From an uncultured Pelagibacteraceae bacterium (GTDB lineage Bacteria; Pseudomonadota; Alphaproteobacteria; Pelagibacterales; AG-422-B15): DNA of 64,000 nucleotides. The DNA is taken from positions 15,227 to 79,226 of the forward strand of contig CACEZK010000002.1 of NCBI GenBank assembly GCA_902564025.1, given 5' to 3'. The notes under the pieces are model-generated. The model had not been told where the DNA came from. It did no database searches and was given only the letters and a program-made list of their open reading frames with translations. Shown here in pieces: positions 20,087 through 29,539 of this stretch (its first letter is position 1; every line of letters starts with the position of its first letter). The translations under genes and the position numbers were made by a program.

Positions 20087-22015
20087 ATGAGAAAAATTCA
20101 TTGGATTATTCTACTCAGTACATTAGGTTTTTTGATTTTAATTGGTTCTCTTTATTTATACAACTTATACAATGTACCTGTCTTATCAAAGGAAGATATT
20201 CAAAAACTATCCGAAGAGGCAAAAGAGCAAAGAGAGAATATTACTAAGCAAACCGTTCTTGAACCATTTGAGTTTAAAAAGCCAAGTAAAAATAAAAATG
20301 TGTACTTTGGTGATCTTCATGTTCACTCCAGTTTATCATTCGACTCATATATTTTTGGAAATCGTTACGGCCTAGAAGAGACTTATAATTTTGCAAAAGG
20401 TGAACCAATGCAGAATATGTTTGGTGAAACAATGCAAATATCAAGACCACTTGACTTTGCAGCTGTTACTGATCACGCAGAAACATTTGGCCTTCAAGAA
20501 AGTTGTGCTGACCCAGAAATTACTGATGAGTCACGACTTACATGTGAAAGACTGGAGTCCCCTAGCTATCGTTTTTTTTATGGTCTGCGTGAAACTTCCG
20601 TTGCGCGACCGCCGGTCAGTATCATGTCCGAAGCAATAGGAGATGAGGAAAAAGAAGAGCGGTTTGTAAGATCAACATGGGATAAAATTATAAAAGCTGC
20701 AGATCTTCATTATGAACCTGGGAAATTTACAACTTTCGTTGCATACGAATATTCACCTACGTTACCTGATGGTGGATACAATCACAGGAACGTCATATTT
20801 AAAAATAATACAGTTCCAGAAAAAGCTTATTCGCTGTTTGATGCACATACTGCCATTGATTTGTGGAAAAAATTGATAGAAAATTGCAATCATCCATGTG
20901 AATTTATGACAATACCGCACAACGGTAATAGATCATGGGGATATGCGTTTGCAAATCACACCATAGACAATGATAAATATACAATTGATGATTGGAAACT
21001 AAGAAATGATAACGAACCGTTAGTTGAAATTTTTCAAGATAAAGGAAGTTCTGAGTGCAGTACATTTTTTGGAAGCACAGATGAAGAATGTGATATTGAG
21101 CAGTTTTATCCAAAGTGTAAAAAGGAAAATGATACTCTTTGTATTCAGGAAACTTCTATGGCACGTGATGGTCTAAAAATTGGACTGACTCTCGAAGATG
21201 AAATAGGCTTTAATCCACTTGATTTTGGTATGATTGGTAGTTCTGACTCACATAATTCAAATCCTGGGGATACTGAGGAATGGGATTACAGAGGTCGCAC
21301 AAGTTTTGTTGGACCATCTAAAGTGAGAGTGAAGGATGGTTTACTTTTAACTCAACTAGTAAATAACCCAGGCGGACTAGCTGCAATTTGGGCTGAAGAA
21401 AATAATAGAGTTACATTGTTTGAGGCAATGCAAAAAAAAGAAGTGTATGCGACCAGTGGTACACGAATTAAATTAAGATTTTTTTTAAATTTCAATGGCA
21501 CTGAAGAATTACTAAACTCATTAGACCCAATAGCTGAGTCTTATAAAAATGGTCATCCAATGGGTAGTACGGTAATGAATGGTTCGATGCAACAACCTAA
21601 ATTTTATATCACTGCTGAGAGAGATACGTTGAGTGCTCCTTTAGACAAAATTCAAATTATCAAAGGGTGGACTGAGAATGGAAAAATAAATGAAGTTGTT
21701 TACGATGTGATTTGTAGCGATGATAGAGAAATAAATAATAGAAACAACAAATGTAAGGAAACTAAAGCAAGTGTAAATTTTGAAAATTGTTCTTTCGATG
21801 AAAACTATGGATCTGATCGATTAGAAGTAATTTGGACTGATACTGAGTATACACCTGATCAAAATACATTTTATTATGCAAGAGCTATCGAAAATCCTAC
21901 TTGTCGTTGGTCAACTTATGATAGCATTAGAATTGATGAAAAACCTGCTAAAAATTATCCAAAAATTATGCGTGAGATGGCATGGTCTTCACCTATTTGG
22001 ATAAAAAATAAATAA
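20087..22015 (+). CDS. DUF3604-like secreted/anchored metal-dependent protein
   Basis: 642 aa. N-terminal hydrophobic anchor, then YFGDLHVHSSLSFDSY (PHP-like metal site) and TDHAE. Family named from memory of this signature. Confidence 0.6.
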   Translation: MRKIHWIILLSTLGFLILIGSLYLYNLYNVPVLSKEDIQKLSEEAKEQRENITKQTVLEPFEFKKPSKNKNVYFGDLHVHSSLSFDSYIFGNRYGLEETYNFAKGEPMQNMFGETMQISRPLDFAAVTDHAETFGLQESCADPEITDESRLTCERLESPSYRFFYGLRETSVARPPVSIMSEAIGDEEKEERFVRSTWDKIIKAADLHYEPGKFTTFVAYEYSPTLPDGGYNHRNVIFKNNTVPEKAYSLFDAHTAIDLWKKLIENCNHPCEFMTIPHNGNRSWGYAFANHTIDNDKYTIDDWKLRNDNEPLVEIFQDKGSSECSTFFGSTDEECDIEQFYPKCKKENDTLCIQETSMARDGLKIGLTLEDEIGFNPLDFGMIGSSDSHNSNPGDTEEWDYRGRTSFVGPSKVRVKDGLLLTQLVNNPGGLAAIWAEENNRVTLFEAMQKKEVYATSGTRIKLRFFLNFNGTEELLNSLDPIAESYKNGHPMGSTVMNGSMQQPKFYITAERDTLSAPLDKIQIIKGWTENGKINEVVYDVICSDDREINNRNNKCKETKASVNFENCSFDENYGSDRLEVIWTDTEYTPDQNTFYYARAIENPTCRWSTYDSIRIDEKPAKNYPKIMREMAWSSPIWIKNK

Positions 22016-22019
22016 GTAA

Positions 22020-22643
22020 ATGTTACCAAAAGATCTCATCAATAAATACAGAGACTGGAAAGAAAGCTCTTTCGCGCAAGAAAAAGATCACTTTGAAAGA
22101 CTTGCAAAAGAAGGTCAGTCACCTAAATACATGATCATATCGTGCGTAGATTCAAGGGTTGATCCGAATGCTATATTCAAATCAAAAGCTGGTGAAATGC
22201 TAGTTCATAGAAATATCGCTAATATAGTGCCACCCTATAGTCAATTAACGGAACATAGCGGAACAATTGCAGCTATCGAATTTGGTGTAACAGCATTAAA
22301 TATTAAAAATATTATTATAATTGGACACTCAGGATGTGGAGGTATCAAGAATGGGTATCATATGTGTCATGAAAATAATTTTGATGATAACTCATCTATT
22401 TCTAATTGGCTTAAGTTACTAAAACCAGTGTACGATAAAATTTCAGGCGAAGGAAACGATGAGAAAGTTAAGTACATGGAGAAAGAAAGCATTATCGTAT
22501 CATTAGAGAATTTAAGTAAATATCCCTTTATAAATACTGAAGTAAAGTCAGGTGAAATTATGCTTTATGGGGTTTGGAATGATATTGGATCTGGATTTAT
22601 AGAGACTTATGATTTTGAGAAAAAAAAGTTTGACTTGATTTAA
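22020..22643 (+). CDS. Beta-class carbonic anhydrase
   Basis: 207 aa. CVDSRV and GHSGCGG zinc-ligand motifs. Starts 4 nt after the DUF3604-like gene. Confidence 0.9.
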   Translation: MLPKDLINKYRDWKESSFAQEKDHFERLAKEGQSPKYMIISCVDSRVDPNAIFKSKAGEMLVHRNIANIVPPYSQLTEHSGTIAAIEFGVTALNIKNIIIIGHSGCGGIKNGYHMCHENNFDDNSSISNWLKLLKPVYDKISGEGNDEKVKYMEKESIIVSLENLSKYPFINTEVKSGEIMLYGVWNDIGSGFIETYDFEKKKFDLI

Positions 22644-22644
22644 T

Positions 22645-23292
22645 CTAATTTAATTTAAGAACTTCTGGAGAATATACAGAATTTAAATACTCCGGATGAT
22701 CAAGTTTCATTAATATTGAAGGACCATTTAGGGCAGAATCAGGTGTGCGATGAAGTATACCATTGCTACCACCGGTAAATATTGCAATGTTCCATTTATC
22801 AATAAAATTTAATTTACTTTTATCTCTAACGATCTTTTCATTTGGTTCACCTGCCTCATAGGCTAGACGGTCAGCATCCTGATTTTGTATCCATTCTGTA
22901 CCTTGTCCAGCATAAGTGACCAAAAGACGTCTTGGTACGTTATCAACATGATAACGTCTACACTCTCGTTTTGTCCCAAGCCAAAAGCAAAGTGTATCAG
23001 TTTTTTCAATCAGTAAGAATGTCCTGCAAACGGTTTCCATATCTGCAAGCCAATAATTATAAAACTCAGTTGAACTTAACTGGTTAGGAATTATTTCCTG
23101 GACCAAATTTTTTAAATCTTCTTTCAAATTAATTGAACTAAGAGTACCCTCAATTCCAAAGTCATTTTTCATTAATTTTTGAAAGAAAGAATCTGCACCT
23201 TCAGGTTGTTCACGCTCCAGTATACCTAATTTATAGTCTGTATCCTTGAATTCTTCTAAAGATTCTAGATTGTCAGCTTTAAATAAGCTCAT
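22645..23292 (-). CDS. Hypothetical protein, DUF1826-like, co-transcribed with znuA
   Basis: 215 aa, 18 nt downstream of znuA on the same strand. The family is suggested from context: DUF1826 genes are known neighbours of zinc-regulon genes. Not verifiable without an HMM search. Confidence 0.45.
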   Translation of the reverse strand: MSLFKADNLESLEEFKDTDYKLGILEREQPEGADSFFQKLMKNDFGIEGTLSSINLKEDLKNLVQEIIPNQLSSTEFYNYWLADMETVCRTFLLIEKTDTLCFWLGTKRECRRYHVDNVPRRLLVTYAGQGTEWIQNQDADRLAYEAGEPNEKIVRDKSKLNFIDKWNIAIFTGGSNGILHRTPDSALNGPSILMKLDHPEYLNSVYSPEVLKLN

Positions 23293-23310
23293 GAAAAATA
23301 TTTTTTAGAG

Positions 23311-24774
23311 TTAGCAACTTTCAAATGAAGAAGAGAGATCATTTATAAGTTCAAAATATAGATCTTTTCCTAATTCTAATTCTGCCCCTAGTGGATCGAT
23401 AACCGCGGCTTTTACACCTGTATCAGCTGCAATTGTCTCTGCAATAGTTGGGTTAAATTGTGGTTCAGAAAATAGACAATTAACATTTTCATGTTCAATA
23501 GCTTCTCTTATTTCAGATAATTGTTTTGCGCCTGGTAAAACTTCAGGATTAACAGTTAAAGCTCCAACAACTTCTATACCAAATCTTTTTTCGAAGTATT
23601 GATAAGCATCATGAAATACTACGTATTTAGCATTACTATTAATTTTACCCTTTGTAGCCGCTATTAATTGATCAATTTCAGATAAAGCTTTTGTCGCGTT
23701 TGAATTGTAAATTGACGCATTTGAGGGATCAAGTTCTGAAAGTTCACTAGATACAATCATTACAATTGTTTTTGCAATTTCAGGATCAAGCCAAAAGTGA
23801 ATATCAAATTCTCCATGCGCATGTCCGTGATGATGATCATGATGTCCAGAGTCTGGCTCTTGAGCAATAGGTTCGACATCGTTACCAGATAAATCCTTGA
23901 AAAAGTGTTCATCAGCTTCAAACTCAAATGGCATATGCTCTGTGAAGAATGCATATTTTCCAGCTTCTTTAATCTCAACGCTAAAAACTGTAGTTTCCCT
24001 ACTTTCGTCAAAATTTAACATGAAAGCTGAGTCATTGGCAGAAAGTGTACTACTATGATTTCTATCTGTTGAACTGCTTGATTCTAATAATTCTTCAGCT
24101 CTCTCTTCAGAGGACTCAATCTCATCAGACATAAGGATTACCATTTTCATCGCAGGGTCAGCATATTCACCACCTACTTTTGCAAATGACCAATTATAAG
24201 TTCCTTCAGTTAAGTCGAAAACTCCTGCCCATTCAAATCCATGATCGCCATGATCTCCGTGACCGTCTGCATGATCGTCACCATGTTCGTCTGCATGATC
24301 GTCATGTTCATCATGATCGTCACCATGTTCGTCTGCATGATCTTCATGTTCATCATGATCGTCACCATGTTCGTCTGCATGATCGTCATGATCGTCATGG
24401 TCTTCAAAGATATTTTTTTCTCTAAATTTTAATAGTTCGATTTCATCCGACTCCATCAATGCTATGTGCTTTGAATTTGTAGCTATTGATTCTAGAGGAG
24501 ACTCTAAAAATGATTCTAAGTCCTCGCCTATCCAAAAAATAATATCAGCTTCTTGCAACATTTCAGCGTGAGAGGGTTTAAGTTGGAAAGTATGTGGAGA
24601 GGAACTTCCATCTACAAGGATTCCTGGCTTGCCAACGCCATCCATCACGTAACTAACCAATGAATGCAATGGTTTAATTGAGGCAATAACTTTTGTTTCA
24701 GCGTTTGCAAACGATACGTAAGACAAAATAGATATAGTTGATAATATAAGTCCAAATTTAAGTTGTAATTTCAT
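23311..24774 (-). CDS. znuA: Zinc ABC transporter periplasmic binding protein ZnuA with a ~200-aa His/Asp-rich plus globular insertion
   Basis: 487 aa. Signal peptide, cluster-9 SBP core (IKPLHSLV, SPHTFQLKPS, FHDAYQYF, EPQF). Internal HDDHDDHADEHG... tract and GHHDHHHGHAHG. Divergent from znuCB-zur. Confidence 0.9.
   Translation of the reverse strand: MKLQLKFGLILSTISILSYVSFANAETKVIASIKPLHSLVSYVMDGVGKPGILVDGSSSPHTFQLKPSHAEMLQEADIIFWIGEDLESFLESPLESIATNSKHIALMESDEIELLKFREKNIFEDHDDHDDHADEHGDDHDEHEDHADEHGDDHDEHDDHADEHGDDHADGHGDHGDHGFEWAGVFDLTEGTYNWSFAKVGGEYADPAMKMVILMSDEIESSEERAEELLESSSSTDRNHSSTLSANDSAFMLNFDESRETTVFSVEIKEAGKYAFFTEHMPFEFEADEHFFKDLSGNDVEPIAQEPDSGHHDHHHGHAHGEFDIHFWLDPEIAKTIVMIVSSELSELDPSNASIYNSNATKALSEIDQLIAATKGKINSNAKYVVFHDAYQYFEKRFGIEVVGALTVNPEVLPGAKQLSEIREAIEHENVNCLFSEPQFNPTIAETIAADTGVKAAVIDPLGAELELGKDLYFELINDLSSSFESC
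24238..24402 (-). repeat. In-frame tandem repeat (~42-nt unit, about 3 copies) encoding DHADEHGDDHDEHE-type His/Asp tract in ZnuA
   Basis: catgatcgtcaccatgttcgtctgcatgatcgtcatgttcat recurs. It translates to HDDHDDHADEHGDDHDEHEDHADEHGDDHDEHDDHADEHGDDHADGHGDHGDHG. Confidence 0.85.
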
Positions 24775-24807
24775 AGATTTATTGCTTTCATTGTAAGTTG
24801 AAGATAG

Positions 24808-24822
24808 TGTTATAATATAACA
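24808..24822. promoter_or_regulatory. Candidate Zur box (perfect palindrome TGTTATAATATAACA) in the znuA / znuCB-zur divergent promoter
   Basis: 7-1-7 perfect inverted repeat, 34 nt from the znuA ATG and 24 nt from the znuC ATG. The identical 15-mer recurs at 30442-30456 and a variant at 26815-26829. Confidence 0.8.
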
Positions 24823-24845
24823 AATTATTTAATCAAGCTTTTTTT

Positions 24846-25595
24846 ATGAATACAAGTGATACTTTAGTAAGATTATCTAAGGCAGGAATTTATAAAGATA
24901 AAAAATGGCTTGTTCGAGATGTTGATTTAGAAATAAATAGAGGAAAAATTGTAACATTGATTGGCCCGAATGGTTCGGGTAAGACGACAACTGCAAAGAT
25001 AGCTTTGGGACTTTACAAAAGCATAAGTGGAAACGTTGAACGAAATACACAAAATATTTCATACGTACCTCAAAAAGTATCAATTGATTGGACTTTACCA
25101 GTGAGAGTTATTGACTTCATGGTATTAACGCAAAATCTTAAACAAGATGATATATTAGAAGCTCTAGATTTAACTGGTGTAAAGCATTTGAAGAGAAGCA
25201 ATCTTAGGGATTTATCTGGTGGAGAATTTCAACGAGTTTTATTAGCACGCGCTATAGCAAAAAAGCCTGACCTTTTGGTCTTAGACGAGCCCGTACAGGG
25301 AGTAGATTTTACAGGAGAAGTTGCTCTATATTCTCTAATAAAAGAAATTTCAGAGAAGTTAAATTGTGGAATTCTTTTAATTTCTCATGATTTACATGTA
25401 GTAATGTCTGCTACAGACTATGTGGTTTGTCTGAATGGACATGTTTGTTGTTGTGGAACACCTAAAGACGTTGCACAAAGTAAGTATTACAAAGAACTGT
25501 TTGGTGAGAAATCAGCTGAACTATTATCAATATATGAACATAATCATGATCATGTGCATTCCTCAGATGGTAACATTATAAAGGAAATAAAATAG
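24846..25595 (+). CDS. znuC: Zinc ABC transporter ATP-binding protein
   Basis: 249 aa. Walker A GPNGSGKTT, signature LSGGEFQRV, Walker B LLVLDEP, His-rich tail HNHDHVH. Confidence 0.9.
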   Translation: MNTSDTLVRLSKAGIYKDKKWLVRDVDLEINRGKIVTLIGPNGSGKTTTAKIALGLYKSISGNVERNTQNISYVPQKVSIDWTLPVRVIDFMVLTQNLKQDDILEALDLTGVKHLKRSNLRDLSGGEFQRVLLARAIAKKPDLLVLDEPVQGVDFTGEVALYSLIKEISEKLNCGILLISHDLHVVMSATDYVVCLNGHVCCCGTPKDVAQSKYYKELFGEKSAELLSIYEHNHDHVHSSDGNIIKEIK

Positions 25596-25597
25596 AT

Positions 25598-26398
25598 ATG
25601 TTAGATGATTTTCTAGTTAGAGCTATAATAGCTGGTATTGGTATAGCGCTCGTTACAGGACCACTTGGTTGCTTTGTTGTCTGGAGACGTTTATCTTTTT
25701 TTGGTGACACACTTGCTCATTCTGCATTACTAGGCGTCTTACTATCAATATCTTTAAATATAAACGTCTCATTAACAATTTTTGTTGTTTCATCTCTGGT
25801 TGCACTAATTTTACTTAGATTAGAAAAGTCAACGAATTTGGCTGGAGACTCTCTGCTTGGCTTAATTTCACATTCCTCATTAGCAATCGGATTAGTGATA
25901 CTGGGTTTTTTGTCTTTTATTAGATTCGATGTTTTAGGTGTATTATTTGGCGATATTCTCTCAGTAAACACTAATGACTTACTCTTTATTTGGATTGGTG
26001 GAGGATTGATACTTGCTGTCTTATTTTATATTTGGAAACCTTTATTTGCATCAACAGTCAATTATGAACTAGCTGAAGCAGAAGGCATGAACCCTGAAAG
26101 AGTAAATGCTATATTTACAATTTTATTAGCAGCTTTAATCGCTATATCAATCAAGATGATTGGCGTATTGCTTATCACTGGCCTATTGATCATACCAACA
26201 GCAATGGCTCGTAATTTATCGAACAATCCAAAGCAGATGGTTGTCCTATCAATAATTGGGGGATTGCTCTCTGTATTTATTGGATTATATGCATCATTTG
26301 AAATAAATACTGCTTCAGGGCCATCAATTGTTGTTGTTGCTCTAATTTTGTTTATCTTATCGTTATTAAGAATCGGTAAAAAGAATTATGAAAAATAA
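25598..26398 (+). CDS. znuB: Zinc ABC transporter permease
   Basis: 266 aa polytopic membrane protein of the ABC-3 type (FFGDTLAHSALLGV). Confidence 0.9.
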   Translation: MLDDFLVRAIIAGIGIALVTGPLGCFVVWRRLSFFGDTLAHSALLGVLLSISLNINVSLTIFVVSSLVALILLRLEKSTNLAGDSLLGLISHSSLAIGLVILGFLSFIRFDVLGVLFGDILSVNTNDLLFIWIGGGLILAVLFYIWKPLFASTVNYELAEAEGMNPERVNAIFTILLAALIAISIKMIGVLLITGLLIIPTAMARNLSNNPKQMVVLSIIGGLLSVFIGLYASFEINTASGPSIVVVALILFILSLLRIGKKNYEK

Positions 26399-26783
26399 GA
26401 AAAATGAATTAACTAAAAATCAAAAAATTGTCCTAGATTTCATTCAAAAAAGCAATAAACCAGTAAAGGCATATTCTATTTTGTCGAATGTTAGTAAAAA
26501 AGGATTGAAAGCTCCTCCTCAAGTTTATAGAGCTCTAGAAAAATTAATTGAAGTTGGTGAAGTTCATAAAATTGAAAGCCTCAATTCATTTGTGGCATGT
26601 AATTCAAAATGTATTGAACCAAATGGTACAATATTTTCAATCTGCAAAAGTTGTGATCAAACAACAGAAGTTAGTAATGCAGATCTTGCTAAATTTTTAT
26701 CAGATTTTAAGGATATGAATGGGACTCAATTTAGTGGATTCAATTTGGAATTATTTGGAACTTGCAAATCTTGCAAGACATGA
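26388..26783 (+). CDS. zur: Fur-family zinc uptake regulator
   Basis: 131 aa. N-terminal winged-helix region and C-terminal CxxC pairs (CKSCDQ...CKSCKT). Overlaps the znuB end by 11 nt, the znuCB-zur operon layout typical of alphaproteobacteria. Confidence 0.8.
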   Translation: MKNKKNELTKNQKIVLDFIQKSNKPVKAYSILSNVSKKGLKAPPQVYRALEKLIEVGEVHKIESLNSFVACNSKCIEPNGTIFSICKSCDQTTEVSNADLAKFLSDFKDMNGTQFSGFNLELFGTCKSCKT

Positions 26784-26814
26784 GGTTATCAAAGTAAATT
26801 GAAAATTTAAAAGG

Positions 26815-26829
26815 TGTTATAAAATAACA
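26815..26829. promoter_or_regulatory. Candidate Zur box (TGTTATAAAATAACA) upstream of the zrgA-like gene
   Basis: 6-3-6 palindrome with the same TGTTAT/ATAACA arms as the other two boxes. 66 nt upstream of the ATG at 26895. Confidence 0.7.
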
Positions 26830-26894
26830 TTTATCTAGACACGTAAAAATTTTTTAACTAAAATTTTTTCAATTAATCATACTAAGGAGTATAA

Positions 26895-27599
26895 ATGAGA
26901 AAAAATATTTACTATTCATTACTTTTATCAGCGCTAGTAACGGTCTCAGTAGCTGAAGAAACAAGGCAGGTTGATAAACACGAGCATGGAGTTGGTGAAT
27001 TAAATATTGCTGTAGAAGGAAATTCTATAGATCTAGAATTTATGATTCCAGGTGCGGATATAGTTGGTTTTGAGTATAAAGCAAAAAGTGAGGCTGATAT
27101 AGCTTTGGTTAAAGACGCTCTCATAAAATTTGACGAATTTAATAATATTTTTTCAATTCCTAGTGCCTCAAATTGTAATTTAGTTGAAGCTGACATAAGT
27201 ATTAATCAAGGCGATAATCACAAAGATGAACATAATCATGATGAACACGATGATCATGATGAACACGAAGATGATCATGATGAACACGATGATCATGATG
27301 AGCACGATGATCATGATGAACACGATGATCATGATGAACACGAAGATGAACATGATCATGACGATCATGGTGAGCACGACGATCATGACGAGCATGATGA
27401 AGAAGCTCATAACGAGTTTGTTGCACACTACTCATTTAATTGCGGAAATATAAAAGAAATTGACAGAATTAGCTTTCCATATTTTACTACTTTTCCAAAC
27501 TCTGGAGAACTTGAGGTACAATTTGTATCAGAGATTGGTTCGACAAGTTTTGAAGTGGAGGGAGATGAGCCTTTCATAGACTTAAAAGGAAAAATCTAA
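26895..27599 (+). CDS. zrgA: DUF2796/ZrgA-like periplasmic His/Asp-rich metal-binding protein
   Basis: 234 aa. Signal peptide, conserved HEHGVGELNIA start, central HKDEHNHDEHDDHDEHEDDHDEH... tract. Followed by ABC ATPase, FtsX-type permease and DUF3299, as in the ZrgABCD system of Vibrio. Confidence 0.7.
   Translation: MRKNIYYSLLLSALVTVSVAEETRQVDKHEHGVGELNIAVEGNSIDLEFMIPGADIVGFEYKAKSEADIALVKDALIKFDEFNNIFSIPSASNCNLVEADISINQGDNHKDEHNHDEHDDHDEHEDDHDEHDDHDEHDDHDEHDDHDEHEDEHDHDDHGEHDDHDEHDEEAHNEFVAHYSFNCGNIKEIDRISFPYFTTFPNSGELEVQFVSEIGSTSFEVEGDEPFIDLKGKI
27216..27410 (+). repeat. In-frame 12/24-nt periodic repeat encoding (HDDHDE)n
   Basis: gatgaacacgatgatcatgat units are repeated. They translate to HKDEHNHDEHDDHDEHEDDHDEHDDHDEHDDHDEHDDHDEHEDEHDHDDHGEHDDHDEHDEEAH. 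Confidence 0.85.
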
Positions 27600-28298
27600 T
27601 TGGATGAAAGTATAATTAAAATTGATTCAGTAAGATTTTATTGGTCAAAAAAAAGTAATTTCAAGATATTTGTTCCAAACCTAGAAATTAAAAAAGGTGA
27701 AAAAGTTCTCTTATTGGGAGAAAGCGGCTCAGGCAAAACCACACTCCTTTCCCTAATGTGTGGTTTTCTTAATCCATTATCTGGAAATATAAGTATTAAC
27801 GGTAACACTATTAACCAACTTTCATCTAAAACTAGGGATGAGTATCGTGCTGATAATATAGGAATTATTTTCCAACAATTTAACTTGCTGCCTTATGCAA
27901 ATGTTGTTGATAATGTTTTACTACCTTTATATTTTTCAAAAGTAAGATCAAACAACGTTTCCAACAAAAAAGAAAAGGTAATTGAACTTTTTAAACAATT
28001 GAGATTACCAGATGATATTGCACAATTTAGGGCAAGTAGTTTAAGTATGGGTCAGCAACAAAGAGTGGCAGTGGCTCGGGCACTAATTGGGAACCCATCG
28101 CTGATCATTGCTGACGAACCAACTTCCTCACTTGATGCAGATGCGCAAAAGATTTTTTTAAATTTGATGTTTGAACAAATTTCAGAGAATAACTCTACGT
28201 TATTGATGGTTTCACATGATAAATCGCTCTCTAATCAATTTGATCGATTAATTGACATAAACGAAATACTCATAAGGGAAGATAAGTCATGTTATTAA
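27600..28298 (+). CDS. zrgB: ABC transporter ATP-binding protein (MacB/LolD-type), ZrgB-like
   Basis: 232 aa. Walker A GESGSGKTT, signature LSMGQQQRV, Walker B LIIADEP. Apparent TTG start directly after the zrgA stop. Confidence 0.8.
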   Translation: MDESIIKIDSVRFYWSKKSNFKIFVPNLEIKKGEKVLLLGESGSGKTTLLSLMCGFLNPLSGNISINGNTINQLSSKTRDEYRADNIGIIFQQFNLLPYANVVDNVLLPLYFSKVRSNNVSNKKEKVIELFKQLRLPDDIAQFRASSLSMGQQQRVAVARALIGNPSLIIADEPTSSLDADAQKIFLNLMFEQISENNSTLLMVSHDKSLSNQFDRLIDINEILIREDKSCY

Positions 28299-29539
28299 AA
28301 CTTTCATTCAGTTCTCTTTATGCGCGCTTAGTTACTGTGGGTATGACAATTCTTGCAATTTCAGTATCCCTTATGCTTTATATGAGTGTAGAAAAGTTAA
28401 GAACTTCAGCATATACAAGTTTTACCGATACAATCTCACAGACTGATTTAATTGTTGGCGCAAGAGCTAGTTCAGTGCAACTGTTGTTATATTCAGTTTT
28501 TAGAATTGGAAACGCTACGAATAATATAACATGGGAGAGTTATTTAGACTTAGTGAGTAAAGAAGAAGTTGATTGGACAGTTCCAATTTCGTTGGGAGAT
28601 AGCCATAAGGGATTTAGAGTAATGGGTACCAACAAAGAATTTTTTTCTCGATATAAATATAGAGGTAATCAGTCTGTAAGTATTGATAAAGGTTATTTAT
28701 TTGAGGATCTATATGACGTCGTTTTGGGTGCTGGGGTTGCTGAAAAACTAGGATATAAAATCGGTACTTCACTTGTAGTTTCCCATGGACTAAAGTCTTT
28801 TTCAGATCACGATGATCAACCTTTTAGAGTATCAGGGATACTTAAAAAGACAGGAACACCTGTAGATAATACCGTAATCGTCAGCCTGGCTGCTATTGAA
28901 GCAATTCATGTTGATTGGTCAACTGGAGCTAAAATACCAGGACAACTAACACCTATTGATGAGATACGCGAAATGGATCTAACTCCTAAAAATATCACTG
29001 CTGCACTAGTAGGTGTTAAATCAAAATTAACTATCTTTCAACTTCAGCGCTGGATCAATGAGTATCCTGAAGAAGCGATGACTGCAATTCTTCCTGGCGC
29101 TGCACTGCAGGAGTTATGGCGAGTAGTTGGAGTGATTGAAAACTTATTATTAGGGATATCGGTGGTTGTAATATTCACAACACTCGTTGGGATGGCAGCG
29201 ATTATGTTTTCAAGTTTAAGTGAGAGAAGAAGAGAAATGGCAATCTGGAGAGCTATGGGTGCATCTCCTTTCACGGTGATTGGTTTATTAATGCTTGAAG
29301 CAATATTTATTTCAATTCTAAGTATTACATTCAGTGTAGTTTTATTATTTTGTGTGTTAAATTTATTACAACCATGGATTGATTACAATTATGGTATCTT
29401 AGTAAACATTGAAATGTTAGCTATAAAAGATATGTATGTTTTTGCTCTGTTTATCATTGCCTCAATAACAGTCAGTTTATTACCAGCAATAAGAGCCTAC
29501 TGGTTTTCTATTAATGATGGTATGACAATTAAATTATGA
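28289..29539 (+). CDS. zrgC: FtsX/MacB-type ABC permease, ZrgC-like
   Basis: 416 aa. N-terminal TM helix, large periplasmic domain, C-terminal 3-TM FtsX-like module. Overlaps both neighbours. Confidence 0.78.
   Translation: MLLKLSFSSLYARLVTVGMTILAISVSLMLYMSVEKLRTSAYTSFTDTISQTDLIVGARASSVQLLLYSVFRIGNATNNITWESYLDLVSKEEVDWTVPISLGDSHKGFRVMGTNKEFFSRYKYRGNQSVSIDKGYLFEDLYDVVLGAGVAEKLGYKIGTSLVVSHGLKSFSDHDDQPFRVSGILKKTGTPVDNTVIVSLAAIEAIHVDWSTGAKIPGQLTPIDEIREMDLTPKNITAALVGVKSKLTIFQLQRWINEYPEEAMTAILPGAALQELWRVVGVIENLLLGISVVVIFTTLVGMAAIMFSSLSERRREMAIWRAMGASPFTVIGLLMLEAIFISILSITFSVVLLFCVLNLLQPWIDYNYGILVNIEMLAIKDMYVFALFIIASITVSLLPAIRAYWFSINDGMTIKL

Noticed and set aside
24180-24432. Three alternative-frame ORFs (Met/Ile/Val/Thr- or His/Arg/Leu-rich) over the ZnuA His/Asp repeat
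   Set aside because: They are artefacts of the periodic GAT/CAT repeat being open in several frames. The ZnuA frame is the one continuous with conserved SBP sequence on both sides.
27180-27453. Alternative-frame ORFs over the ZrgA-like (HDDHDE)n repeat; also considered as a CRISPR-like periodic array
   Set aside because: Same repeat artefact as in ZnuA. The period is 12/24 nt, in-frame and coding, with no unique spacers, so it is not a CRISPR array.
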